Shown here: positions 49,201-62,712 of the stretch, one piece after another
Layout: each line of letters begins with the position of its first letter
Position numbering within the stretch: the stretch's first letter is position 1
NCBI GenBank assembly: GCA_030141605.1
Contig: JAQGDQ010000570.1
Coordinates: forward strand, 74,575-138,574
From: Tubiluchus corallicola
Taxonomy: Eukaryota > Animalia > Priapulida
DNA length: 64,000 nucleotides
Direction: 5' to 3'
Program-made: the position numbers and the translations under genes
The notes under the pieces: generated by a model
What the model saw: only the letters and a program-made list of their open reading frames with translations
Told to the model about the DNA's origin: nothing
Database searches by the model: none

Positions 49201-50812
49201 TGTCATTAGCATAATCGCTCGCGAAGGAGACCAAGCGAGACGCAAATTTTCTAACAACGCCCTTCGCCTAACCTTGCTTCAAGTAATCTTGCTTGAGCTG
49301 GGAACCTATATTAACTTATCAGATGCTATGATCTTAGCAACAGGTGATATTTACCAACAGGATAAGTACGCCACAGTATACGGTGCCAAATTGTGATTGG
49401 GAGCCAGATTTTAGGGGCTAGTGTTAAAAAACTCTTATTCTCCTCGGAAAATGCCTTTCATATTCAAATAAAGTGTGTATTTTGTAAAATACCACAAGCA
49501 ATTACTGTGTACACTTTCTATATAAAGGGCACATGACAAAACAGTACAATTATTTCATAAAAGGTAGTACAAAACAAGCAGTTGTGCAGCCTACTTGGAT
49601 AAAATAGGTATGCAAATGAAATTAACCATAATCAGTCAAGGGGCGTCGTAATGTCTTGATACGTGCTTGCTTAAGAAATACGTTCTACAGCCGGTCCTTA
49701 CACTGTGTAGCTTACATCATGCCAAAAAATAATAATCATTTTGATGAATAACACATGTTAAAAAAAACTTTACGTATTGCAAATAATCAGTGCAGCCATG
49801 CCGCGCAAGAAAGCGTCAATGCTACAAGCCGACGCCTCTTTAATCTCACAACAGAAAGTTAAATATACAGCAGCGAAGTTCTATTTATTAAAATCAGTGT
49901 TATAAAATCATACATAAAGTCCATTACTACTGTAAACCCGTAGAATCATAACTTTAGTTGCGGCGTGTTCAAGCTAACAAGACTTTTTGTCAAATTAACT
50001 CGAAAAGTAAGATTAGATTGGATTGTTATTTTATTTTGACAGCCAGTAACTCGCGTGTTCAGATTAGAGAGAATAACCTGTTGCAAGTTACTCTCCGACA
50101 GTAAGCAGGAGCTGACACTCAATTCTCGCTACAGAGCAAAACTTGCTGTGAGTTACTCTCCAACAGTAAGCGCGAGCTGACACTCAATTCTCTATTCACT
50201 GAGAAAAGTGTCGAGAGTAACTCGCTGTGGCGTTCACACTAGGCAGTAAATGTAAATCAACTCGCAGCAGTTGTGGGAGAGTTTGCAATAACTTACCGAC
50301 AGTAACTCACAAAGCAGTTCAATTTGCAAGTTAGCTGTCAGAGAGAAAACTCGCTAGTTAGAATGCGGCGTTCAGTGGCATTTGCATAGATGCGGATGAG
50401 TTTTGGGGGTACGGAGCAAACAAAATCGGTTTATATTGTTTTCAATGCACCCGTCTATGCAGCCTGCGTATGCGTTATTCTTTTTCTGCAACTATTTCCT
50501 ATTGATTTTTTCCCGCAAACCGTTCTGTATTAGAAAACGCGCCCGCAACCGCATGCTATACATAAACGCCACTTCAGAAATTCAATCTGATAGAATCTAG
50601 AAAACACAATTTTGCAGAAATTCGACATTTCGTCAGACAGTGAACAAAAATAATTCCTTCAAGTATGACAACTTAATAAAGTTCATCGATTTATATGCAA
50701 ATACGTTGTTAATCTGACAGCTCGTGTCAATCAATCTCTTCTCAACACTCGATATGAGATTCGTTTTCTCTTACGCAAAATGTTTGACATAAATCGATAA
50801 CTATAAACTTAC

Positions 50813-50861
50813 CAACTGTGAACAGCACGCTCAGGAGTAATCCCGCTACCTGCAGCTTCAT
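50813..50861 (-). CDS. Ly6-like protein, exon 1 (signal peptide)
   Basis: caacATG; MKLQVAGLLLSVLFTV + G|GTAAGT, phase 1, typical of a three-finger signal-peptide exon. Confidence 0.82.
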
Positions 50862-51419
50862 GTTGCCAAATTAATATTCCAAATGGATTATATTTGCACA
50901 CGTAGATTGCAAATTTAGTGACTTATCCCTCCCTGCCGTCTACTGCTGGTACTGACAGTGAAACTGATAAGGTGTGGTAGCTACAGTGGCATACACAAGC
51001 AGCTGCATCCCCGCTCTATACCAAGGCCAAACTTGTAAATTTTCTAAACCGGTTAAAAGCGCACATTCCTTAGAACTGGATAGCGAAATCGTACTTAGCC
51101 TATACCGGGAATATCGCCCTCGGTAATTTGTTTCATCGATCTGAGCTGATGCTTGTTTAGTCGAGCAATCATTAGCGCATACGTGCAAGCAATTAGAGGC
51201 GTTTATTTTTCTAGTATTGCTCAGAGAATATGAGGCCGCGTGCGTGCGCGCGCGTTGACATTATTAGATCCCTAATTATTGTTGCTGACCCTTTTGTACG
51301 GATCATCAGCATCATAAAGTTTTTAGTCGTGTACAGTTTACTGACAATATGACGCTATTGTATTGCATCAGTCCAGACACTGTACCAACACATTTATTTA
51401 TATGTATTGTAATTTTATT

Positions 51420-51865
<446 letters not shown>

Positions 51866-51940
51866 TCCATTTTTTATTGGTTTTCTATACCTATTATACG
51901 TGCTGTGTTACCAGCACTCTCAGGTCACCAGCTGTTTCTC

Positions 51941-51978
51941 TTCAGCCGATGAGGCCCGCTAGGGCAAAAGCTCCTGAA
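51941..51978 (+). ncRNA. Degenerate minimal type-I hammerhead ribozyme (Penelope-like pLTR relic)
   Basis: TTCAG-CcGATGA-G-GCCC gcta GGGC-aAAA-GCTC-CTGAA: stem I TTCAG/CTGAA, stem II, palindromic AGCT stem III; U4 and G12 mutated; AATAAA follows. Confidence 0.65.
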
Positions 51979-52858
51979 TAAATATTATAATGTTCGAGAG
52001 AATAAAGTGCATTGCGTTTTTCTCTGTTACCGACGACAAATCTCAGGAGAGCTATCTCGTATTTCAAACCTTTAAATTACTTTAGATTGTCAATAAGATC
52101 AATGTGTTTTTCGGTGAATCAGTGGTGCATACTGGGATTGCGATGCAGTATCATTTTACCTGTTAGTGCGAATTATTATTGATTACGAAATTGTTAAGAA
52201 TTTTCCTTTCCAATAACATAAGTCTTATGAAACAGTTAAGCGTAATGCTAAGTAATATAATATGACTTTATATGGAAAGTTTTCTGAGATATGTTTGAAA
52301 ATTTCCTTTTCTTTCCCTTCAAGTCTGATGACGTCAGTACAAAATTCTTTACCAGCTCTAATACAACAGCCTAAGTAGCGACCATTTTTTGTACATCAGT
52401 AATTTTTACAGAAATAAATTTCAGCGATTCCTTTTGCAGCATAAGCTTTAAGTCAGTTTAAAATGGTTGTATTTATCATAATGTGCAGGCTACAATTTAT
52501 GATGAAGGGATAACGTTTTACTTTGTAAGTTACCATTATAAACTGCACTGACATTAGCATTACATTACAGAGCAACAATTTTATTTCTCCCATTTTTCAC
52601 ACCCTACCCCCTATAATAAATGGGCTGTTATGGCGCCATACATGCAGTATAGGTTTAATTTGATCATAGGCTTAAGTGTCAACCAGTCCTTGATGCTAAT
52701 AAATGCAATCCCTGGTGTAATATCCTTCCGTAATCTCTACGCGGTTCTCTGCTACAGTTTCCCAGTAATCTCCCGGCAGGGTTGCACAAACTAAAGAAGT
52801 TTGCTCGCTGCTTCTTTCACTCGGGGTTCTCCAGTGAAGCGTCGAAGTAAAGAGGACC

Positions 52859-53218
52859 TGTTAAACTATGTTAAAAGCGTTAGATTATGATAGATAATTA
52901 TATTGATGAATGCTGGCATGAAGCCAGTGAAGGAGTGGTGTCACGAGAGCAAGTGATTCAGAACCGAAGCGTAGGCGTCAAGGCGTCGAACCTCAACGCA
53001 CGATATATAAGCCTTGTGATGCGGCCAGCTCAGGGGATTGAGTCTGGGAGCTGAAGGAAAGCACACTAGATCAGGAGGCTTGGCATTACTGTCTGTTATA
53101 TTTATTCTGTTTGATGTTCAATAAACGTGTAGTTTTATAATCGGACTCTTCATAGCTTTGCCATCCCTAAAACACCAATAATCAGCTTCACACAACCAAT
53201 ACAACGAATTATTTTACT
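52859..53218 (+). mobile_element. LTR-like relic, copy 2
   Basis: Homologous to 3498-3880, including the upstream PPT-like tract. Confidence 0.6.
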
Positions 53219-53602
53219 GTCGAGAAGTTTAACATACAATGGTTATTAGCTCAGCTGTAGGCATGTAAATCTCTTTTCTCGGAAACTGTGTTTCAGCCTT
53301 CAATGACCTTGTCACAGACCGTAACGTGTCCGGCCCCATCCCTGTACAAACATTCAATTTATGTTACCAAAATGCTTGGGGCGTTAATGATACTTTGCGA
53401 CATCTTGTAGCAATTTTCTATATATTTCGTTAGAAAAAGTTTACCATCTCATTGCTTCTGTTCAGCCATAGTTCTCTCCTCCTCCTCCTGCTCCTCCTCC
53501 TCTCCTCGTCTCCATATGGCACCCGTTGATGATCTTTGAATTCACTCATGATCAGCAGTTGTCTTTACTTCGTTGCATTCATTTTGACTTATTAGAATCG
53601 AT

Positions 53603-54234
53603 TAGGGGTGAGCATCGAACGTTCAAGTTCGATTTGAACGAGTTTTTTTAGTTAGAAAACGATTCGAACATAAAATTATAGATTCAAATTATTCAGCACT
53701 TCAACCACATATGTTTTTAAAGTTTTAAAAGTTAAACCACATTAAAGTTTATCATTAAAGTTAATTTTTATCATCGCTAATTCGCTTAATGCATCATGCA
53801 ATTAGTTTAATTTAGCTGTGATTTCTGTGCACAATTCTTAAACAAAATATTAGTAGTTTTACCCCAGAAGAAAGTCTTTTAATGTGCATGATCTTTGTAA
53901 GACTAATTTTTGTTGGTGGTTCGAAAACTTGTTCTAAAATCTTTCGATCTCAATTCGAATTCGATTCGTATTCGAACTACTGAACTTTAGTTCGATTCAA
54001 ATTCAAAAGTCGCAAATTCGATTCGAATTCGCTGTCTGGTAGAAAGAACTCACCCCTAATAGCATGATCTTTGTAAGACTAATTTTTGTTGGTGGTTCGA
54101 AAACTTGTTCTAAAATCTTTCGATCTCAATTCGAATTCGATTCGTATTCGAAATACTGAAGTTTAGTTCGATTCAAATTCAAAAGTCACAAATTCGATTC
54201 GAATTCGCTGTCTGGTAGGAAAAACTCACCCCTA
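53603..54234. mobile_element. hAT-like MITE, family C, with tandemly duplicated right end
   Basis: taggggtgag ... ctcaccccta with ttcgaat/ttcgat repeats; about 175-bp right end present twice; related to 56051-56146 and 58586-58965. Confidence 0.8.
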
Positions 54235-54471
54235 GTAGCGATGGGTTAATATTCTGCAGGACACACAAGAGAGAGGCCTCCCCTCGCCCTCACATGACGT
54301 CACATAATTTTAAAATTAAACTTAACCTTTGACCTTATGGACCGAAACTCAATTGGTTTCCATGTCCTGTCCAAACTATCAGCGTGCAACGATTAATGAC
54401 TATTTTGTTTTTAAGCTTTGCTTGACTTCTGACAACGAAGACGCTATAAAGTAGCCTTTTTAGTTAATTAA

Positions 54472-54805
54472 CCCTTTCAGTCCCGACTTTTTTAAAAACA
54501 CAACAAAAGCATAAAACGTGCTTCATTTTGCAACTGCTGATAATTTTTTAAAGTATTTAAGACATTCAGTATGCACGCTATGCTGATCTGTACAAAGTCG
54601 TCTCTAAAGTACTGTACCTTGCACAGTTTTTTATGCTATGTAAGACTTTCTAGTTTGCCATTTTATCACCATTTTTAGTTTACCTTTATTGGCTTAAATC
54701 AAAATAACTATTAACAGATCAAATGACTGTCAGTTTTAAAATTTTATTAATTTTAAAGGCAGAAAATATTCTCGTATCCCACGGGATACAACGGATATGA
54801 AAGGG
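54472..54805. mobile_element. piggyBac-type MITE, short form, reverse orientation
   Basis: TTAA flanks; reverse complement of 5560-5892. Confidence 0.9.
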
Positions 54806-55334
54806 TTAAAAATTTAATGTGGACATAAAGCAGTGACTTTTGAATTGATATCTAATGGTTTTTGCACAATATATTATGATTTTAGTTTTACATACAATAG
54901 TTAATTGTGTGTACGCAGGTCTATTAATTTTCTCTGACTTACAGGTAATATTAGCTTATGATATTTTTATATTAACATATTTGCTAATCCATGTCTATAT
55001 GTAGTGTACGTTTTTGTCGCTTTTAATTTCCATTTCCTCATTGGGTAATCTGACGCATTGAGGAATTTCTAATCTGCTAGCTTCATCAGACCTTGGCTGA
55101 CTGAACCTTAATTAATAAAGTGAATGATTAAGTACAGCACATCGAGTAGAGTAGTGAAAGACTACATAGGGGCGTATCAAGAAATTATGGCGACCTAGGC
55201 TGGTAGTTCTGTCCCGCTCAAATCTATTGTGAATTTATGGTTGCTTATGTAATGAGCAGTTGAAACAATTACTAGTGGTGTATTAGAAACACTATTTACC
55301 TAGTTTTTATGTGGCCATTATCAATTACATATAA

Positions 55335-56637
55335 CAGGGCACTTTATTTATGACTTTAGTCATAAATTGCATAAATAGCTTATTTAATACTAATTTCAGA
55401 TTTTATTTATGACTATTTATGACGTGTCAAATTTTGACCAAAAATGCCATCCTGAGCTAAAAGAAATACATATTTTTAATCAGAATCTTGTATTTTGCCT
55501 TTCTTCGTTCTTCATTACATTAAAATGTAATAAAAATGTCTACTTTCATCATTCCAAGGCCTGAAGTTTCTCGTATTGTTTTGCATGCAGGCATCCCTCC
55601 AGACTGAAATCCGTGATCGTGTTTATAATAATTATAGTATCGGTTTTAATTTGTTTAGGATGACCTATAAAATTACTGCTCATAAAAATCAATCTATTAA
55701 TTAATTCGTACAGTCACAATTCGTAGCCACAATTAGTACAAGTAAATAATGTATTTTTTTAAATATCGATTTTAAATTTAATGTTGGAAAATACTATTGG
55801 CTATTACATCTTTCTAGGGAACCGTCACGTATGTTTTCTAATTAAAATTGCATTAAGCAAAATAACTAAACAAGAAAAACAGTTAAATTTTAATGACAAT
55901 GAAGCAGCAAATTCTCCCAAAGATAAAATATGCTCAAATTCTAGCAGACGGCATTATTCTTATTTCTTGAGGATGAGGCAGTAAGGCACGGGAAACGCTT
56001 GCGGCAAACTCGAGCTAAAACCTACACCCAAGCCATTGACTTACGCCGCTTAGGGGTGAGCATCGAAGTTCGGTTCGATTCGAATTCGAAAGTCACAAAT
56101 TCGGTTCGATTCGAATTCGCTTTCTGGTAGAGAATGCTCACCCCTAACGCCGTTAGGATGAGAAAGGCACTGAAATGAACGTGCAAAGAAAAGAATTAGA
56201 AGTGTAGATTTCTGTTATTGTGCAGAGCGTAGGTTTGAGGCGGTAGAACTTTAGGACATTAAAATAGGTAAGCTGTCTTTAATTCAAATTTTCGATGGAG
56301 AATTCTGTCGGTGCCTATTTATTTTTTCGCGGTAACGCGCTCATTTACTTTTTATTATTTAGGTTGCTTCTAGACGAGTTAATGACAGATAAACGCATCA
56401 GTTAGACAGTCTCAGTTACTGTGTTAGTCCACCAAACAGTCACGCGCAAGCTTCTTATGGACTGCCTGTGTGTGTGGGAGAGAGAGAGAGACGGTGGAAA
56501 CAGTTTTCTGTACTGAATTTTTTGTTCCATTCTTCGGGAAGTGATTATTTTTCTTTCGTTATTTATGACAAATTTGAAATCTTATTTATGACTATTTATG
56601 ACTATTTTGCAAGAAAAGTCATAAATAAAGTGCCCTG
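55335..56637. mobile_element. hAT-like non-autonomous element (middle of the nest)
   Basis: 22-bp TIRs cagggcactttatttatgactt / aagtcataaataaagtgccctg; catata on both flanks. Confidence 0.8.
56051..56146. mobile_element. 96-bp mini hAT MITE, family C
   Basis: taggggtgagcat ... atgctcaccccta; TSD acgccgct/acgccgtt (7 of 8). Confidence 0.85.
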
Positions 56638-57260
56638 CATATATTTGCATAGCGGTTATATACAAGCACGCCGCGCAACTGCTTCTTGTGTGTAATACTT
56701 CGCCCCTGTTCGTTATATGGCTTTATATAGAAGCTTTGCTCAGTAACTGCCTGTGGTGTGTTATAAAATGCGCGCTTTACATAAATATAAAAGTATACAC
56801 ATTTTCCGGGGAGAATCAGATTCTTTCTAAAATGTGACGCCCCTCAAACTTCGGCGCCCTAGGCTGCAGCCTAGTTAGCTTATTGGTTAATACGCCCCTA
56901 GTCATGCAGAAGCCGTACATCGGCAAGAAATTGTTATTGTCCGTGAATCGCAACAAATGTTCATCTAGTTTCGCTTCGAAGACTACACTGATCACTGACA
57001 TGGTTTCTCAGCGATGTTTTTATATGAATGGATAATTGAAGCCAATATAATTTCCAAGAAGACCAAAAACTTGTGCCGATGACGGAGATGCTGAATATAG
57101 TTTTGCCAGCATAGGTCATTGTCCAGGTTAAGCCAAGAGGTGTAATTCGTGATATCTATATAAATTGTTGCTTGCATTATGGTCAGAAGCATTACTTGTT
57201 TGTCTGTAATGCAATTAATGGTGCCGGTGTTGGGGTGATAAAAAGTGATGGAACGATATT

Positions 57261-57992
57261 GGAGAGTGAAGCAGATGGGAATTAGTAGAATTAGGTTAGT
57301 GAAATGACGTGGATGAGAATGAATATGAGATTGTTATTAGGACATCGCAAAAATATGAAAAAATACACAAGACTTATTGCAGAGTATTGCTCGCCAGTCT
57401 GGAATCCTGCTTTATTAGGTAATGTTGACCGTATAGAAAGTGTACAGCGATACTTTACTCGACGCCTGTTTTATAGATGTAATTTAATGTATATGCTATA
57501 TCCTAAGCGTCTTGATATTCTACATCTAAAGTCTTTAGAGGAGAAACGCATTCATAAAGACTTAACTTTATGCTACCAAATTATTCATAGAGAAGTTGAT
57601 GTTGACTTTGACAAATTTTTTACCCAAGTAGAACAAGGCAAAATCACTCTCTAAAGCTTTTCATGTGTCGAACAGCTAAAGTATCATTTGGTCAATTTCT
57701 CTCAAATCGAGTTGTACCGATTTGGAACTCACTGGCTGCATATGTTGATGGTGCACCCCTCATAACTGCACAAAACATTAACTTATTTAAAAGCCGCTTA
57801 TATAAAGTTAACTTGCATAAATTCTTTGTACACAATAGACACATATAAGCAGTTAATCTATTTGTTTCTTTACCGCACTCTTGTAAATATTTTATTTGTA
57901 TGTTTTTGCCAAAGTGTTTTATATTATACTGTTTTTATTGTAGACTGCATTTTACTATTGGGTGTGAATAAAATACATAAATAAAATAAATA
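57261..57992 (+). mobile_element. CR1/L2-group LINE 3' fragment, copy 2
   Basis: EYCSPVWNP..FLSNRVVPIWNSL..FKSRL; AATAAA-rich tail; matches 4079-5320. Confidence 0.85.
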
Positions 57993-58585
57993 ATACGTTT
58001 ATGAACAGAAGTACACTATAAACCAGTCTATAAATGTGATGATGCAATCATGAAAGTAACTTTTATATAAGGTGCGATGCAAATATAAGATATTGAATAC
58101 TTAATTAAAGAATATAGGGGTGGTAATATAAAAGCTGCCTTTACATCGTTATTGCTGTTAGAATTTTCACCAAAACATTGATTCTGCATCCACTGAGCAA
58201 AAATATAGGAATACTAGATTTGCAACAATTGATCGAAGGCTGTATTAGAAATGAGCCAGAAGTCTCTAGCGTCTAATAATTTTTTGGAAAATTATTGAAC
58301 TCTTGAACTGAATCTGTGATTTTTTTGCATTTATGCCTAATATTGCAAGCTAAGCAACATTACTCTTTTATGTCATAGTGCTTCTTTAACAGATTCAAAA
58401 AATGGTTTCCCTGAACAATAACAGCAGCATATTACTGAGTATGCAATTAATTATTAAGTTTGGGACTTTGACTATAGCTGAAATGTACGCAATATGGTAT
58501 GATCGAAACCCTTATGAACCATTGACAAATTAACTGCAGCTGAGAAGTGTCAAGTGAAATGATGCCAGGGTCACATCAACAATAT

Positions 58586-58965
58586 TAGTGAGCGTTCTCT
58601 ACCAGTAAGCTAATTCGAATCGAATCAAATTTGTGACTTTCGAATTTGAATCGAACCGAAGTTCAGTATTTCAAATTCCAATCGAATTCGAATTGAGGAT
58701 GAAAAATTTTCGAACAAGTTTTGGAACCACCAATAAAAATTCGACTTACAAAGATCATGCATATTAGAGACTTTTTTCTGCAGTAAAAATATTAATAATT
58801 TATTTTAAAATTGTGTACAGAAATCACAGCTAAATTACGCTAATTGCATAACGTTTCAAGCGTTTTATTGATAAAGCACTTATGTGGTTGAAGATCTGAA
58901 TAATTCGAATTCTAACTAAAAAAAACTCGTTTATATTGAATTGGAACGTTCGATGCTCACCCTTA
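58586..58965. mobile_element. hAT-like MITE, family C, reverse orientation
   Basis: Reverse complement of 53603-54058. Confidence 0.75.
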
Positions 58966-59856
58966 ATCGTCAAAAGGAGCAAAAGGAATCTTAGTCAGCT
59001 TTACATCGAAAGATTGCTTGCTGAAAAGGTTGCAACTGGGAAGCTATACGGATGTGTGTCGAAAGGTTACAAGATCCAATTACCGATTGGTGGCATGGAC
59101 CTACTACATGTACAAATAATACAATCACCCAAATTAGAGAAAAGAAAGAGCCATGTCCAATAATACCTCAATTTGTAGTGGGACATTTTTCGGGTATTCA
59201 GACAATTTACTCTTTATTTGCAGTATTATTGCCAAAGTTGACAAAACTTCTCTTACAGCTAGATGCCCTTTTATTACCTTAGTTCATGTAAATCCGTGAT
59301 CAAGGTTCTCTACGGTTGTTTCACTGCACGACCTAGTCGTTTGCTGATTTATATTGATTCTTTGCATATTTTTCTTCAATATTTAGCATTTTCTCTTTTC
59401 CCTATTCCCGATTGTCATTAATTTTATTGAAAACAAACCATCGCTACTATAGTGGTGGTCACGAAGAATGCCCAAGAACGCATGTTATGTCTCTTGTGCG
59501 TTTCCATTTTGCTGATCTGAAGTAGTTACATGATGGCGGCCTTGTGCAAAGTTTGTCTTTTACGGATTTCTCAAACACATATACGGACATCATTACTTAA
59601 TAAGTAAGATAATGCATGGAGTTGTTTATTAAAATACGCATATAGTTTGAATGGTTAAGTTCACTATCCGATTTGAGCCGGTAATCGTCTGCGCTGCATT
59701 AATCGTTTGGCTATATCTTTCTCATGTGATTTTTATATTTTGCATTTTTGTGTAACATATTGTTAAATTGTACTTGGCTCTTGGAATAAATAAACTATAC
59801 TATATTAAGTATTATAACCTTATTTATAGTGCTAACTGCTAGTAGTTGTACAATGT

Positions 59857-60890
59857 AAGTAAGTAAGTATCTTTATTTATCGCCTTTTTACAAGAAAAAC
59901 ACAGAGCATGAAACGATAATATGATAGTATGATGCAAAGTGACAAGATTATTAAATGAATAAATTATCTGAGTTAATGATATTCAAGTGATTGGTGAAAG
60001 GGTGGCGAAAAACTAAAAGTTACCAAAGTCAACCACCCTGTAAGTAATGTTGTTATTAGTGATATGCACAATAACCTTGACGAAAATTTCCCAAAAAGGT
60101 ATGATAAATGGAGCATAAAGTTTACATTTGGAGCATACCAAGTTGCTTAAGTAAGTAAAGGAATGGTGAGTGTATTAAGATAATACGAGATTTAGGTTTA
60201 AATTTGAACATAAATATCAAGGACATGAAGACATAATAAATACATATAATGCTGATATGCATATACATACACACATACACATACACACACATATACACAT
60301 AACTATGAATACCTAGCAGAAAAAAACCCAAAGTTATTAAGACTAACGAGCGAATGGGGTATAGACTTATAACATAAAGTACAATTTCAGAAGTAGCAGT
60401 GCAATAATATATGTAAAGATGGCATTATTACTATTTCTAAAGCAAAATTCATGGTTAGTATCACTGTAAGTGAGTTTTTACCGTTCATATGTATATACGC
60501 TTTGATTAGTTCAACTTGAGTGGAAAATAGTAGTTTAAGTTTTAGTTATGTAAACAATTCCAAGACTAGGTATAAAGAGAAATAAGCATGTTTTTGTAGT
60601 TTGACACAAGGTAATTAAGAGATTTGTTTTTGAACTTCTGAGGAATAGAGTTCTAAATTCGTGGACCTTGGTACTTGAGCGAACAATGAGCTTTGGTTGT
60701 ATTGCATCTTTTGACACTGTAGATGTTACTTGATGCAAAGCGCGTTTGGTAGTTATGCAAAGCTGAAGGTTCGCTCAAGTATCCATTAAATAGTTTGGGT
60801 AGCTTATGATTCTTGAATTTGAAAACAATTTTAGCCATTTCTAGGTTATAGATATCAGTTATTTTTAAAATTCTTAGTATGTGTAGGCTG
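59857..60890 (-). mobile_element. L2-group (Crack/Daphne-like) LINE 3' fragment
   Basis: LKITDIYNLEMAKIVFKFKNHKLPKLF..HNYQTR..SLKYQGPRI*NSIP; long 3' UTR ending AATAAA plus (ACTT)n. Confidence 0.8.
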
Positions 60891-61308
60891 CTAGGCGCCG
60901 CTTAATTTAATTGAAGCCGTGTGTTTCATTCATTTAACTGACTGAATCAGTTAGCAAACGTATTCGAATATTCATAGTATAAAAGAGAGGATCAAAATAC
61001 TGGTTGAACTAATTGCTTTTTTGTGTTTCTTCTTTGCAGCTCTCATAAAATAAAATAATTCAAATGTAATAACATTCTCTGTTTCATGCTAGAGCTTATT
61101 GGTGGACAGCTCAATCATTTTTTTTGAAAATCAAAGTGTGATCTGCAGTTGTGATGCTGCACATGTCTACTCTACGTTAATCAAAGGTTATCGTGCTCCT
61201 CAAAAAGTTCAAGTCTATGTTACAATTGTCAAGTGTTACAAACTGACATTTTACCAAATTGATGTGACGTTTGCATTGCAACTCATTTGTGAAAGTCATG
61301 TTTAAAGT

Positions 61309-61666
61309 TGTAGATCACTCACTTTGTAGAACAAGAATAAAAAACTATACTGCATATTTGCACAGAAAAGTGTTTATTAAACTACAGACACATGAGTAGA
61401 ATGACTGCTGCACTGAACACTGAGAACGAGAGTGTCCTGCACTGATCACTGAGAGTTAGACAGTGACTAGAAAGTAAATCCAGTCAATATATATAGGTAT
61501 AGGTAACCTATGCAGACTTGGCTTCACAAAACCATTACTGTAAAATAGGGAGAGATCCAGTGAATATGCATTCACTGGGCCGTACAATTATACTGGGGGT
61601 GAGTTTAGCTAGTAAAATGTAAAAGGATTAGTTCATAGATGGCAGCACCTAAAATGTACAATTACA
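61309..61666 (-). mobile_element. LTR-like element
   Basis: TGTA...TACA termini; TATA box then AATAAA in the correct order on the minus strand; no TSD seen. Confidence 0.5.
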
Positions 61667-62412
61667 ACTTCCACATCATTTGCATAGGGGAACAAACAGA
61701 ACGGGTTTAGACTGGAAGCCATCCAAGTAGCGTTAACAACTGGACTGAGAACTGTCTTACAGGGCAAACGCTTCAAAATAAATTAAAACAATACTGCAAC
61801 GTGAATATGAACGATTACGTAGATCCTAACTTGCTACCTTCCATGACATAGAAAGACTTGGAAAATACAACCAAAACAGCTACACATTAGACTAACTAAC
61901 GATAAGCATACCTGCTTAGAAACAGTCTTTTTCTCTAAGTTCGTTCTACATTTTAGACCCTATGTCTAAAAATCATGCGTTACAATTAAAAGTCATTGCC
62001 ATCAGCATTAATTTCGTAAATTAATAAAGTCCTTAATTAACTAGGGAGTTAGTACAGGCCTATATATATATATATATTTAGAAACTCTTTGGAAAGACTA
62101 TGAATAACATCTCAATTTCAGAATGTAATGGATACAATAGGCCTAGTGATGGGCAATTTTGAAATTTTCTATTTCAACTATGACCTTTGTCTTGTAATTC
62201 GATATGACGATTAATATTTTGCACCGATTTTTAATGTTTTTAGCCAAATTTTTCAATGATTGAACAGTAAAATGTAGCCTAGATAACTTCTCCCTGTTTC
62301 CCTCGCTGTGTGCCATTTTCCGGATTCATGAACTGTTTTTATAGACATGCATGGCTTTTTCATTAACTGCTTTATTAGGGTGCAAAGTCTATTCTTCTAT
62401 AACGCTGATCTT

Positions 62413-62712
62413 TTAGTTGTCTTTTCCAAGTTTAATGTCTTTATTTGTCTTTATCCTGTATTCTATGCATTCGTTCACTAGATTTCTGATTTCTAGCAAT
62501 CCTTCCTTCTTACTGTTCATTAATATATCTGAGTTCAAATTTTTTTTCCATTCTCTATATCCGTCACATCTAAGCATATGTTCAGTAGTATCATCATCTT
62601 CCCCACACACTGGGCATAATAACTGATCCTTAAACTCATTCTTGTAGCTCCCTTTAACTTTAATCATATTCAGTCTTATTTTCAATATATCTTTAACCTC
62701 TTCTGGCTTACA
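62413..62712 (-). mobile_element. Non-LTR retrotransposon ORF C-terminal relic with CCHC zinc knuckle
   Basis: IRLNMIKVKGSYKN..LCPVCGEDDDTTEHMLRC = CX2CX8HX3C. Confidence 0.7.

Larger units (their letters stand above)
55167..56900. mobile_element. hAT-like MITE (outer element of a nest)
   Basis: taggggcgtat ... atacgccccta; subterminal cctaggctg at both ends; no clean TSD. Confidence 0.6.

Noticed and set aside
52320-52345. CTGATGA hammerhead-like word (also near 55084 on the minus strand)
   Set aside because: No stem II plus GAAA and no stem I pairing.
58936-59282. Overlapping 75-76 aa ORFs
   Set aside because: One starts inside a MITE and neither has a recognisable motif.
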